From a virus: a stretch of 64,000 nt of DNA. Positions 39,593 to 49,884 of the stretch are shown here, piece by piece (positions within the stretch are counted from its first letter, which is position 1; each line of letters opens with the position of its first letter). The stretch lies in IMG/VR virus record IMGVR_UViG_3300049734_000491, positions 63,993-127,992 of that record; one strand, given 5' to 3'. The position numbers and the translations under genes were made by a program. Under the pieces are notes generated by a model that did no database searches, was not told the origin of the DNA, and worked only from the letters and a program-made list of their open reading frames with translations.

Positions 39593-40175
39593 GTGACCAC
39601 GTCTTTCCGGAGCAGATCTTGTAGATCGTGGACGGACTGACACCAAATTCTTCGGCGATTTCTCGACCGATCCAACCAGACTTCTTGAGAACCCGAATCA
39701 CCACCACGTCATCCTCGGTGAGGATGGTCTCGTAGTGGGCAGATCCACACACCTGACGACCCTTCCTGTCCCTGTCAGCGGTGTTGTCCTGTGTGGTTCC
39801 CAAGAACAGGTGGTGTGGATTGCAGCACGGAGGGTTGTCGCAGTCGTGGCAGATGAACAAATTCTCGGGGGTCTCTGGGATGGGTCCGAAATGAATCTCC
39901 CACGAGATTCGATGTGCCCCCACCTTCTTTCGTTGACCGTCGTCACCCCTGATCCACATTCGTCCATACCCGTAACTACCTGATGCTGTCCAAGGCCAGC
40001 AGGAGTCAGGCCCTCCACTCCGATCCACGTTGGCCCAAAACCGAGCAACGTGGTCCTCCCTGCTGGGGTGACAACCGAGTGGATCTCCGTACTGCTGGTA
40101 CTTCCAGTAGTGCTTCCGGCACCAACCCAGAGCCTTGTGGGGGCTTTCACACCCTTCCACCGAACAGGTCCGCAC
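39576..40175 (-). CDS. HNH endonuclease with C-terminal HTH
   Basis: CWPW..GYG..AHRISW..CHDCDNPPCCNPHHLFLGT..DN. Confidence 0.9.
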   Translation of the reverse strand: MRTCSVEGCESPHKALGWCRKHYWKYQQYGDPLGCHPSREDHVARFWANVDRSGGPDSCWPWTASGSYGYGRMWIRGDDGQRKKVGAHRISWEIHFGPIPETPENLFICHDCDNPPCCNPHHLFLGTTQDNTADRDRKGRQVCGSAHYETILTEDDVVVIRVLKKSGWIGREIAEEFGVSPSTIYKICSGKTWSHADRD

Positions 40176-40697
40176 CTACTCCACCACTTCGACCCGATAT
40201 GCACTGGCCACTTCAGGGTACCGTTCAGAGAGTGCCTCGAGCACGCCTTGAGCGAAGTAGGGCAAACGCCTTGTGCCATTCTTCCGGCGGTGCACGGCCT
40301 CCACGAGGGCATCCACGTCCTGGCAGATCGAAGCCCAGTACCGATCCTCCTCGGCGAGCAGGGTGGTGAAGTCGTACACCTCGGGCACGCACTCGCAGAA
40401 CACGTACCCGTCGTCGGGATCGTGGCCGGGGTGGGCCTCTTGGAACCGCGGCAGCTTCTCGGTCTGCACCCGTTCGCAGCCGGGTTCGTGCACCACTGTC
40501 GAGCGTCCGACCTTCTCAACGATCCACGATCCACCCTTGGACCGATACACCCGCAGTTCGGTCCAGCGACCCTTGCTCGAGGGATTGGCCGAGGAAGCTG
40601 AGGCCACCAGCTCACCCTGGAAGGTGATCACCCTGCGTCCGTCACGGGCGGTGTGCTGTTCAGGGGCCATCAGATCCGTCATTCGTCCATCGTCCAT
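40176..40697 (-). CDS. Hypothetical protein
   Basis: RWTELRVYRS.GG motif; strong codon bias. Confidence 0.55.
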   Translation of the reverse strand: MDDGRMTDLMAPEQHTARDGRRVITFQGELVASASSANPSSKGRWTELRVYRSKGGSWIVEKVGRSTVVHEPGCERVQTEKLPRFQEAHPGHDPDDGYVFCECVPEVYDFTTLLAEEDRYWASICQDVDALVEAVHRRKNGTRRLPYFAQGVLEALSERYPEVASAYRVEVVE

Positions 40698-40790
40698 GTT
40701 GTCATCTTGACAGGTTCACCGTTCTCAACGGCGACACCGCCGCCCGAGGAACCCCTGGCCTCCTCGGGCGACGATGCCATGATGTGGTCG

Positions 40791-41309
40791 TCAGAACGGA
40801 CGAGGCGGCCCATCCCCACTGGCGGCAGCGGTCGCCGGCTGGGGACTCGGAGCGGGCGGTGCCGGTTCGGCCGACGGCGACGGGGCGTCGGGCACGGCGG
40901 ATTCCGCACGCTTGAAGTTCTTGACCTCGTTGCGTTCCTCTCCCTGGTACATCTTCGTGCCGACCGTCGCCACGGCGATCATGCCGACCATCTTCTCGGC
41001 CACCTGCACGAGGCTGGGGTTCTGGGTCCGGAGCCAGTCGGGGTCGACACCGATGGCCTGGATGTTCCGGACCGAGATCTGGCGGGCCTGTCCCTCCTTC
41101 ATCACGAGGTTGGTCCAGAGCCAACGACCGGCGTGGGGGCCGTTCAGCACCCCGAGCTTGAGCTTCAGGCCGGTCGTGCCCGACGAGAAGGTCGTCGCCT
41201 CGGCCTCGATGACCGACACGTCGTAGTCGTCAGGCGGGATGGGCCCGAAGGAGTTGTTGTCTGATGCGTCCTGGAGCACTGCACCCCAGTCGACGTCGTA
41301 CTGAGCCAT
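40791..41309 (-). CDS. DUF669-like ssDNA-binding protein
   Basis: PIPPDDYDV..GPHAGRWLW..YQGEERNEVK; Pro-rich tail ending PF; follows the AAA gene. Confidence 0.75.
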   Translation of the reverse strand: MAQYDVDWGAVLQDASDNNSFGPIPPDDYDVSVIEAEATTFSSGTTGLKLKLGVLNGPHAGRWLWTNLVMKEGQARQISVRNIQAIGVDPDWLRTQNPSLVQVAEKMVGMIAVATVGTKMYQGEERNEVKNFKRAESAVPDAPSPSAEPAPPAPSPQPATAAASGDGPPRPF

Positions 41310-41367
41310 GGAGGCCTCTTTCTCTAGCGGTTGATGGTTGTCTGCTCTCCGACGGGATCCGTCGCGA

Positions 41368-42183
41368 TCAGGACGCCACTTCCTCGACAGGAGCGGCGGT
41401 GGGCTCGAGCTCCGGTTCGGGCTCGGGCAGTGAACTTTCGGCACCCTCGGCGGGGAAGACCAGAGTGAGCATCTGATCGAGTCGTGGGTTCTCCACGATG
41501 CGGGGGATGCGTCCACCGACCCGTTCGCCGGCCTCGAAATCCGAGGTGGCACGGGTCAGCAGCTTGCGGGTCTCGGTCACTTCGCCGGACAGTGGATCGG
41601 TCACGGGGTCAATGTACAAGTACCCTGTGACATCCAAGAGGTACGGCAGCACGGTGGCGACCTGACCGACCAGCCACGGGTGCCAGCGACCGTCCTGACC
41701 CTGCCGGGCCATAGCGACCATCACCACCTGCGTGATCGGGTTGATGGGGTGGACCGTCAGGTCACGGATGTCCCGCACCAGACCGCCCACCGCTCGGTAG
41801 GCCGCCCCGTAGTTCTGCATGGTCGGCTGGGTCCGACCGGCCTCTTGCTCGAGGAAGCGGTTCTGGAGCTCGCTGATGCTGTCGATGATCACCGAGCGGA
41901 ACGGGTGGCGGCCCGAGGCCAACCACTGGTAGCCGCGTTCGACGTCCTTCCACGATCTGGTGTTGACGACGGCGGTGTCCCAACTCCCGTCGTACTCGGG
42001 CGGGGGATCACTCGGGTCCCACACCACCCGTTTGATCGGAAGGAACCGGGAGGCGGCCTCCACGTCGAACATCAGTCTCGGTTCGACGGTCGTGGCGGCC
42101 AGGGTGGACTTGCCAGCCTTGCTGGCGCCGTACAACAGGACTGTCAAGGAACAGTCCGTGCACGACGCGGGAACGTCCCACAT
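41368..42183 (-). CDS. AAA_24 / Sak4-like ATPase recombinase
   Basis: YGASKAGKST, IIDSISELQ, LPYLLDVTGYL. Confidence 0.85.
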   Translation of the reverse strand: MWDVPASCTDCSLTVLLYGASKAGKSTLAATTVEPRLMFDVEAASRFLPIKRVVWDPSDPPPEYDGSWDTAVVNTRSWKDVERGYQWLASGRHPFRSVIIDSISELQNRFLEQEAGRTQPTMQNYGAAYRAVGGLVRDIRDLTVHPINPITQVVMVAMARQGQDGRWHPWLVGQVATVLPYLLDVTGYLYIDPVTDPLSGEVTETRKLLTRATSDFEAGERVGGRIPRIVENPRLDQMLTLVFPAEGAESSLPEPEPELEPTAAPVEEVAS

Positions 42184-42375
42184 CTCGTTTTCTCCTCGCT
42201 GGGGTGTGCAGTTTCTTCTCTCGTCGTTCTGCTCTGGGAGCCAACGCAGGGGTGAAATCTACCAGGGCGGTGTGACGGTGTCGCGGACTGTTCGGGGAAA
42301 TTTGGGGTCGAGGATCAGCTGCAGACTCCGATCCACGAGCTAGGTTCGAGACAACTCGGATCATTTGGAGGAGTT

Positions 42376-42927
42376 GTGACCACCACCAACGTCGAACCAG
42401 TCCGCGTCGAACCACTCCACCTCAGGGCGGCCCTTGCCTTCACAGCGTTCGTGGGGTGCGTGTGGGGTGCCAACTGGGCACTGGGTCGGTTCGGGATCGT
42501 GCCGTTCCTCGGCTGGTCGGCGCTCATGGTCCCCGCCGGCACCTACTTCGCCGGCCTGACCTTCGGGATCCGGGACGTCCTGCACGAGTGGGGCGGTCGG
42601 GTGTGGGTGTACGCCGCCATCATCAGCGGAGCAGTCCTGTCCTACGCCCTCGAGGACGCCAGGAAGTTCGCCATCGCCTCAGGTGTGGCGTTCCTCGTCT
42701 CCGAGACCGTCGATGCTCTGATCTACACACCACTGCGTGAACGGAACTGGCCGGTAGCGGTCACCCTCTCCAACGTGGTGGGTTCGCTGTTCGACTCGTT
42801 CCTGTTCCTCACGCTCGCCTTCAGTTGGGGTGCGGCGAAGGACGGCTGGTTCGACCTCACGGTCGGCAAGGCGTTGATGACCGTCCCGATCCTCGCCATC
42901 ATGGTGTGGGTCCGACGGCGGCGGTGA
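42376..42927 (+). CDS. VUT/YhhQ-family queuosine-precursor transporter
   Basis: Multiple TM helices; PAGTYFAG..RDVLHE, ASGVAFLVSE..D, SN.VG..DS.LFL. Confidence 0.85.
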   Translation: MTTTNVEPVRVEPLHLRAALAFTAFVGCVWGANWALGRFGIVPFLGWSALMVPAGTYFAGLTFGIRDVLHEWGGRVWVYAAIISGAVLSYALEDARKFAIASGVAFLVSETVDALIYTPLRERNWPVAVTLSNVVGSLFDSFLFLTLAFSWGAAKDGWFDLTVGKALMTVPILAIMVWVRRRR

Positions 42928-43553
42928 TCTACTACGCCAACCCGTCCACCCCCAAGATCAGAGCGCAGATGGATCGAGGGGCCCTCGGCTGCATCCTCAC
43001 ACCGGGCCAGGGGAACGCCCCAGACTACGACCGCTGGGACGTGATCGCCGACAACGGGTGCTTCGCGAACAACTGGGACGCCAAGAACTGGTGGAAGTGG
43101 TTGCTGAGCCGGTCACGCAACATGCGGTTCGCCGTGTGCCCCGACGTGTACGACCCCAGCGGGGCTCCGTGCCACGTCCCCACCGTGCGGCGGTGGAAGA
43201 AGTACGCCCCCCGGATGAGAGACGAGGGGTTCGTCCCCGCCTTCGTCTGCCAGAAAGGTGCCACCGCCTACAACGTGCCCGATGACGCCGAGGTGCTGTT
43301 CCTCGGGGGGTCGACCGAGTTCAAGCTCGGTGGTCAGGCCGAGCAGATCGCCATCGCCGCCCAGTACCGAGGGCAGTGGGTCCACATGGGACGGGTCAAC
43401 TCCAAGAAGCGGATGTCCCTCGCCCACGAGTGGGGTGTCTCCTCTGTCGACGGCACCTACCTCAAGTGGGGGCCCGACGTGAACCTCCCGAAGCTGCTCC
43501 GTTGGCTGGGGGAGATCCCGACTACCGAAAGTACTCTGCCGGATCGTGGATGA
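42924..43553 (+). CDS. TGT/DpdA-like base-exchange transglycosylase (compact)
   Basis: DNGCF, PDV, Q.G, LGG, HMGRVNS and DGT motifs; GTGA-coupled to the VUT gene. Confidence 0.65.
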   Translation: MIYYANPSTPKIRAQMDRGALGCILTPGQGNAPDYDRWDVIADNGCFANNWDAKNWWKWLLSRSRNMRFAVCPDVYDPSGAPCHVPTVRRWKKYAPRMRDEGFVPAFVCQKGATAYNVPDDAEVLFLGGSTEFKLGGQAEQIAIAAQYRGQWVHMGRVNSKKRMSLAHEWGVSSVDGTYLKWGPDVNLPKLLRWLGEIPTTESTLPDRG

Positions 43554-46095
43554 CCGGGGCTGTTTGTCGGCCTCTCCACGAACCGAGGTTCATGCTCCTC
43601 GTTTCCTGGCGGGCTCGGCTGTTCACCCCGTCCAGGAGTCGGGTGTCATCCAGCGAGGCGATGGTCATGCGGGAGTACGGACGCAACGGCCGGTCGTCGA
43701 TGAGCACCGCGGTCACGGCGTGGACCAAGGCGTCGAGCCGGTCGGGGGACCATTTGGAGCTCGGCTCCCACTCGGTGAGTTGGCCGGTGAGCTCGGGGAA
43801 GTCCTCGGTGTGGAACACCCGGCCACGTCGGTAGGCCAGCACGACCGGCTCGGCTCGAGCGGCCTTGGACTTCACCGAGGGAATCAGGGCGACAGGGATG
43901 GCGGGATCAGCTGACTGGATCACCGTGCGGACCATCTCGCCGCCCTGATTCTTCTCGGCCACCACGACGGTGAGGTGGTCTTCGTTGCTCTCGTGGTACA
44001 GGTCGGCCACGGCCTTGGCCCACTGCTCGGGCGGACCCTGCACGGAGCGATCTGCGGTGACCCACGCCCTTCGCTGGGAGATGTGCTCGTCCCGTTGCCG
44101 AGTGGTCTGCACCCGGACGATCCCGGTCTCGTCACCACCGGAGCTGGCTGAAGGGTCCACCCCGATCACGGTCACGAACTCGGGCTTGTTCGGACCGAAG
44201 ATGTCGTGGGCCATCTTGTCGGGGATGTTCCACCCCGGCGGCAACGGAGCGATCACGAAGTCCCGGTCCTTCCAGAGCGAGCCTTCGACCACCAGCACGA
44301 GGCGGCCGTAGAGCTCCTGCTCCTCCAGCGCCGTGCCGGCGTAGAGGTCGATCAGTGTCTGGAGGTACTCCGAGGACAAGTTGGCTCGGTTGTCGTAGGT
44401 CGAACCGGTCACGATCAGCACGTCGCTCTCGGGTTGCTGGGCTCGGTCGACCAGCTCCCGGATCAGAGGGATCCGCTTGGGTGTGGTGGTCACGAAGATC
44501 TGGGGGTGCTCGCCGAGACGGGTCGAGATCGTGATCTGCTCCCAGGCGTTCACGTCGGAACGGGACAGCTTGAACGCTGCGAGCTCGTCGGCCCAGGTGA
44601 AGTGCGACTGGGGGCCCCGCAACTGGTCCGGCGATTCCGACGAGAAGGTGATGGCCACCGTCGAGTTCGGCCAGATGACCTTGCGTATGGACGGCACGTA
44701 TTGGGGCATGAAATCTGGTGGTGACAACGCCAGGATCCCGGAGTTGTGTGTCGGAACCAGCGTCCGACCGACGAGGAACAGATGATCATCGTTGTCAACG
44801 GCGATGCATCGGACTGGGACCGACTCGGTGGGCTGCACATCGACGATGTACCGAAAGCCGTGTTCGGATGATCGTGGTGGCACAAGCCGTTCAACCTTGC
44901 GCCGGATCGTGAAGACCGGAAGACCGGTGCAGAAGCCGACACGATGAAGTGGGAGGTGTCCGATCTTCGATGGTTGGACACGCCAACGGCTCCTGAGACC
45001 GAGACTGGCGACCAGTTCAACCACAGCTTGAGCCAAGTGTTCGTTCGTGTTGGAGAACTCCACTCGTCCCGTTGCGTCGATCGACCCATCGGTGTCGAGC
45101 AGCCCACGTAGAAGATCCAGACGTTGCTGGTAAGAACTTCGGAAGTAGGCATCTGGGACGTGTTTGTTCGCGAGCAGTCCTGTGTTCTTGAGCAATCGAG
45201 ACAGTCCGAGAATCCCATAGGTACGTGCTCTTCCTTGCTGACCGTGGTCGGACCACTCCGTAAGAGCGAACCCATCAGCTGCGACCCCTGCAAGAACTTC
45301 GGGGTCCATCGTGGTGATGCCAGCGTGGTACGAGTGCCCATCTCCCAGCCACGCGCCCAACGTGTAGGGCGGGATCGGCAGGTCACACGGCTTGAGGTCG
45401 AGTGGTTGGGTGTTCGCAATGGCGTGATTCACCTGTCCGTTCGGCATCCGGAGGGTGTGGGTGATGTCCTCAGTCCGAACGACTTCAGGTTGGTGCTTGC
45501 TTGACAACGAGTTGAATCGACGGGCTTGGTGGGTCCACGTCAGCCACTTGTGGTTAGCATCAGCAATGATCTGTTCTCCGTCACTAAACACGATGCTGAA
45601 ACAGGGTCGATTGACATGAATCTCGGACACCCACGACACGACGACTGGGTATCCATCAGCACCCAGAACCTGATCACCAGCACGAAGATCGCCCATCGTT
45701 GCCCAACCCGTAGGCGTTGCTACTGGTGTGTCCAATGCCAGAGCTTCACCTTGGACCATGACATCGCGCACATCAGCGACGGTCCGCCCGACGAGGTGGA
45801 TCCTGGCCCCCGGGTTCTCCTTGGCCTTCTGGTTCACCCAGTTGGAGCCGGTCCGGGTCTTGCCGCCGCCGCGACCGGACAGCATCACGACCGTGCTCTC
45901 GCTGGCGTTCAGGGCGGAGAGCTGGTCGTTCGGTCTGAGCCAGAAGGCAGCGCTGTGCTCGAGGTCGGGCTCCTCCATCGCGAGTTCAGCCAGGATCTCG
46001 GCTCTCTGGTCGGGGTTCCTGACCAGGGCCACCCGCTCGGCCATCGACAGGTTGCCCTTCCCGCCGGGTCCTGAGTCCGAAAAGATGAGCGGCAT
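43522..46095 (-). CDS. terL: Terminase large subunit containing an intein
   Basis: GRGGGKT, LRGPQ..WADE, TTTP, GVDP, EKNQGG, SPDRLDA. Confidence 0.92.
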   Translation of the reverse strand: MPLIFSDSGPGGKGNLSMAERVALVRNPDQRAEILAELAMEEPDLEHSAAFWLRPNDQLSALNASESTVVMLSGRGGGKTRTGSNWVNQKAKENPGARIHLVGRTVADVRDVMVQGEALALDTPVATPTGWATMGDLRAGDQVLGADGYPVVVSWVSEIHVNRPCFSIVFSDGEQIIADANHKWLTWTHQARRFNSLSSKHQPEVVRTEDITHTLRMPNGQVNHAIANTQPLDLKPCDLPIPPYTLGAWLGDGHSYHAGITTMDPEVLAGVAADGFALTEWSDHGQQGRARTYGILGLSRLLKNTGLLANKHVPDAYFRSSYQQRLDLLRGLLDTDGSIDATGRVEFSNTNEHLAQAVVELVASLGLRSRWRVQPSKIGHLPLHRVGFCTGLPVFTIRRKVERLVPPRSSEHGFRYIVDVQPTESVPVRCIAVDNDDHLFLVGRTLVPTHNSGILALSPPDFMPQYVPSIRKVIWPNSTVAITFSSESPDQLRGPQSHFTWADELAAFKLSRSDVNAWEQITISTRLGEHPQIFVTTTPKRIPLIRELVDRAQQPESDVLIVTGSTYDNRANLSSEYLQTLIDLYAGTALEEQELYGRLVLVVEGSLWKDRDFVIAPLPPGWNIPDKMAHDIFGPNKPEFVTVIGVDPSASSGGDETGIVRVQTTRQRDEHISQRRAWVTADRSVQGPPEQWAKAVADLYHESNEDHLTVVVAEKNQGGEMVRTVIQSADPAIPVALIPSVKSKAARAEPVVLAYRRGRVFHTEDFPELTGQLTEWEPSSKWSPDRLDALVHAVTAVLIDDRPLRPYSRMTIASLDDTRLLDGVNSRARQETRSMNLGSWRGRQTAPVIHDPAEYFR
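44743..45744 (-). mobile_element. Class 3 intein (334 aa) with LAGLIDADG endonuclease
   Basis: Ala1 (ALALDT), HKW, VRCI, THN|S, LRGLLDTDG; exteins rejoin as VQGE|SGIL. Confidence 0.88.
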
Positions 46096-46097
46096 GG

Positions 46098-46391
46098 TCA
46101 GGATTCCAGCTTGAAGCCCGACGACGGGTGGGACAGCACCACGGCGATCCGGTTGCGGAGCACCGTCAGTCGTTCCCGTGACGCATCCAGGATGGCCAGC
46201 CGACCTTGGAGCACGTCCGCCGAACCCCTCACGAGCTGAGTCGAGCTCTCGAGCTCATCGAGCAGATAGTCGATGATGTGGAGTTGGCTGAAGATCGTCG
46301 AAGTGTCGTCCGCCGGTTTGTCTGCTGGGTTCTCTGCCATCGCCATCCAGCCATCAAACACCATCAACGGTGTGTGCCACGCGGATGTCAC
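46098..46391 (-). CDS. Hypothetical coiled-coil protein
   Basis: Immediately upstream of the terminase gene. Confidence 0.4.
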   Translation of the reverse strand: MTSAWHTPLMVFDGWMAMAENPADKPADDTSTIFSQLHIIDYLLDELESSTQLVRGSADVLQGRLAILDASRERLTVLRNRIAVVLSHPSSGFKLES

Positions 46392-46731
46392 CAGCGATCG
46401 TCTCGACGTGCGGGTGGTGTTCGATCCATTCGTGCACCGAGTGGATGGGTAGGTGAAGCGCCCGGGCTACCGCGACCTGGGCCCTGGTTTCGACGGAGTG
46501 GTTCCAGTACGGGAGCACGGCCATCCCCTCGGACCAATGGCAGATGGCTCTGAGGTTCCGATCCAGGGTTTCCCGGGGATCGAAGCCGTGGTCCCGGTAC
46601 ATCTCAGTCGAGTACACGACATCGAAGCCGTGTCGTTGGAGCGCATCCCGAGCCTCCTCGAAGGCTCCGAGGTTGAAGTAGGCATGGCCGGCCGTCGGAC
46701 CGGACAGGAAGAGTTTGTACTGAGCCAACAT
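46354..46731 (-). CDS. DUF4406 / nucleoside deoxyribosyltransferase-like protein
   Basis: FLSGP.G..FN..AF..A..L...G; LPYWNHS..RAQV.VA..L. Confidence 0.7.
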   Translation of the reverse strand: MLAQYKLFLSGPTAGHAYFNLGAFEEARDALQRHGFDVVYSTEMYRDHGFDPRETLDRNLRAICHWSEGMAVLPYWNHSVETRAQVAVARALHLPIHSVHEWIEHHPHVETIAGDIRVAHTVDGV

Positions 46732-47488
46732 CAGTACCCCCTTCGTCGACACTCCGGTTGAAACTGCTGACTGGCATCGTCCCACGCCAGCACGCAGGAC
46801 TCGGGGTCAGCTCTGGCCATCTTCGGCGGCAGCGTCACATCCACCGTGTTGTAGGTCTGGAAGATCACCATCTTCTGGCAGTGGGCGCAGCTCGATCCGA
46901 TCAGGATCTGGTCGCAGAGCCGCATGACCGCCTGCATGGGGGTGAACCCGCAGGCCGCCTCGAAGAAGAACTCCTGGGCCTCGGTTCCGTTGCTCGAGGA
47001 GGAGGCCGAACCCGGCAGGACGTAGAGGTTGTTGTACTGAGGATTCCGGTACCTGGCCAACGTCACCCACACCATCGGGTCGTCATCCTGCGAGCACCGC
47101 AGTTGGAACCCACCCGCTCCGGTGCGGGCGAGCAAGTTCAGGCCGGCCCGGAAGGCGGGGTGGTTGATCTCCTTGTTCAGGTCCGGCGGCACGTCGTCCA
47201 TCAGCTGTCCTCCAGTCTGGTGAACCCCCACTGCCACGCGGCAGGTGGGGTCGTCACCCGAGCCCGCAACCGGAAGATCATGCCCTCCATGACCGCGACC
47301 ACGGTGTCCTGCTCGAGTTGGGGATCCAGCCGGCTGTCGATCTCGATGTGGCGCTCGATCCAGTGGGGTCCGGAGCGCAGGGTGATCCGCATCGGCGTGA
47401 TGGGACGGGAACGGTCATCGGACCGGGCTTCCTCCAGCACTCGTCGGCTCAGCGAACCAACGTTCAGAGAGGAGCTCTCTCGGTCCAT
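46731..47488 (-). CDS. Two hypothetical genes (46731-47201 and 47201-47488)
   Basis: Stop/start-coupled ORFs; TAGCCT box before 47488. Confidence 0.5.
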
Positions 47489-47915
47489 GGTCCAAGGCTA
47501 GACCTGAGGGATGGCTGGGTGGCGGTAGCTGAATTCGGGTATGAGTGAGGCGATTACTGAGACGAAACCCAATTTATTTGTGGTAGCGAAGAAAGGCTGT
47601 GTACACTGTGGACACCATGAGCAAGCAATCCAAGACCATCAAGACAGAGTTCCGAACCACCGCGAGCGGACGGCGGGCGTGCCAACTGTGCGACCTGCCT
47701 GCCGTGGAGGCCCTCCTCCTCGACGAGACCACCGCGTTCCCCATCCCGCTGTGCCGGAACCACGCACGGCGAGGTCGGAAGTACGAGGCCGAGCTCAAGC
47801 GCCGCAAGCGTGAGGAGCGCAACGCCGACATCCGGAACCACGTGTCGGAGGTTGGTTTGCTCTGAACCACAAACTAGACTGACCAACGACAACGACAACG
47901 ACCACGGAGACAACC

Positions 47916-49151
47916 ATGACAGAGAGGACACGACGGGCCACTGAGGCGGTCGACACCCACGTCACCTACCTCGAGGCCCAACGGGTCGGCACCGCGGTGC
48001 ACGAGATCGAACGTCGACTGCTGGATCCCGCCGTGGATCCCAGCGACGTCCGCTTCGGCCACCAGGACTTCCTGTACGCCAAGTACGAGGAGCACACCTT
48101 CACCGGGATGATGAGGGAGATCGTCAACAAGGCGATGACCTTCACGGTGACCACCGACCTGATGCGGGAGATCGTGCTCACCACCGAGATGATGACCGAG
48201 GAGGGCATCGACTGGCTGCCGCTCCTGCCCCATCACGTCCCAGCCAGGACTGGTCTGATCCTCTTCCCCTACGGCGTCGAGATCACCGACTTCTACACCC
48301 GACCCATGCACGAGGAGCGAGTCTTCGACAAGCGGGACGGCCAGTTCCACACCTACGTCCTGGATCAGGGCGGCGGCGACCGCTGGTTCATCGACGGGTT
48401 CCTCTGGGAGCACTCCGACCGCGTCTCGAAAGACGGCCACGCCGGCACGCCCTCGAACGGTCTGATGATCTACCCGCTCACCCGTTGGCGGGGTCGGGAC
48501 GACGATCGTCCGTTCCGTGGCCTTCGTCACCACAACCCCGAGATGCATCCTCCGGAGCTCGTGGCCTCGGACAGCACGGCGTGGGCCTTCGACCAGCCCG
48601 GTGAGGTGGAGTGGATCGACCCCGTCGTGAACTGGGAGATCAGCCACGAGAACGGCACGGTCAAGATCCCGTCGGACCAGCTCGACGAGGAGGGCATCGC
48701 AACGCTCAACCTCGTGCGCTGGCAGACCCGTTCATTGATCTGGTCCACCTTCCGCTGGCTGATGGACGAGGTCTGGATCGACGAGTGGGCCGACCGTGCT
48801 GCGACCAAGCGCATGAAGCGGGCCCGTCCCATCATCCACGAGAACCCTCTGCAGGAGGACGGTCAGATCGTGATCGTGGACCTGCGGGCCGAGCGCAAGG
48901 AGTTCGTCGCCAAGTTCGGGCCGTCCGAACCGCCGTGGTGGCGTTGCCGCTGGACGGTCCGGGGTCATTGGGCCAAGCGTCGCTACGCCATCCGCGACGA
49001 GAAGGGCAAGGCGGTGGGACCCACACGCGGGGCCGGCGCCATCGAGGGTGAGACCTACTACATCAAGCCGAAGTGGATCGAGGAGTTCGAGAAGGGTCCG
49101 GACAATGCCCCCCTGATCCTCAAGGATAAGGTCGGGGTGCTCGACCGATAG
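47916..49151 (+). CDS. Conserved phage protein with VRGHW motif
   Basis: 411 aa; RWTVRGHW..KWIEEFEKGP. Confidence 0.6.
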   Translation: MTERTRRATEAVDTHVTYLEAQRVGTAVHEIERRLLDPAVDPSDVRFGHQDFLYAKYEEHTFTGMMREIVNKAMTFTVTTDLMREIVLTTEMMTEEGIDWLPLLPHHVPARTGLILFPYGVEITDFYTRPMHEERVFDKRDGQFHTYVLDQGGGDRWFIDGFLWEHSDRVSKDGHAGTPSNGLMIYPLTRWRGRDDDRPFRGLRHHNPEMHPPELVASDSTAWAFDQPGEVEWIDPVVNWEISHENGTVKIPSDQLDEEGIATLNLVRWQTRSLIWSTFRWLMDEVWIDEWADRAATKRMKRARPIIHENPLQEDGQIVIVDLRAERKEFVAKFGPSEPPWWRCRWTVRGHWAKRRYAIRDEKGKAVGPTRGAGAIEGETYYIKPKWIEEFEKGPDNAPLILKDKVGVLDR

Positions 49152-49393
49152 GACGGTCGATGCTGACCAAGAACAGGACGGTGACATGAGGGTGAACGAT
49201 CGGGTGAGGCCGGATGGTCTCATCTACCGGACCGGCATGGGGACGATCGTGGGGCTCCGTTCAGGGGACATCACGTCCTTCCAGGTGGAAGTCCGCTGGG
49301 ACGACGAGGCCGGCATTTGCCTCCACCGAGCAGAGGATCTGCAGGTGGTGAAGGATGTGGGTCCGGACTGGCAACGACAGGGAGATGATGACC

Positions 49394-49804
49394 ATGACCG
49401 AGAACTTGCGGAGTGAAGGCTGGATTGATGAGTCGCTGGTTGAGCCGTTGGCGGCGGCCCGCGACCTTGTCGCAGCCGGCTGGACCCAGGGGAGCTACGC
49501 CCGATCCGCCTCAGGTGACCCAGTGGCAGTGTCCGATCCCGAAGCCGCCGAGTGGTGCGCCATCGGAGCCTGTAGCGCAGTCACCGTGCTCCACGACTGG
49601 ACCGACGGCGAAGGACGGGACATCCAGGGTGGGGCGCTGGCGTTCGAGTTGATCGGCTGTCTGGTGGACGTGTTGGACGATGACTTCGCCGACCTGCAGC
49701 CCGGAGCTGCGCTGGTGGGTTACAACGACCAGCCGGGCACCACCCAAGGGGACATGGTCAAGGCATTCGAGCGGGCCATCACGGTGCAGCAGGCCAAGCC
49801 CTGA
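49394..49804 (+). CDS. DUF6197-like protein
   Basis: GWTQGSYA..WCAIGA..YNDQPGTTQGDMVKAFERA. Confidence 0.6.
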   Translation: MTENLRSEGWIDESLVEPLAAARDLVAAGWTQGSYARSASGDPVAVSDPEAAEWCAIGACSAVTVLHDWTDGEGRDIQGGALAFELIGCLVDVLDDDFADLQPGAALVGYNDQPGTTQGDMVKAFERAITVQQAKP

Positions 49805-49884
49805 CTCAAGAAGTAATTGATCCCAGTAATTACAACAAGTAGTTTCAGGAACTTAACAGTTCCAACACACGATGGAGTTGCACC

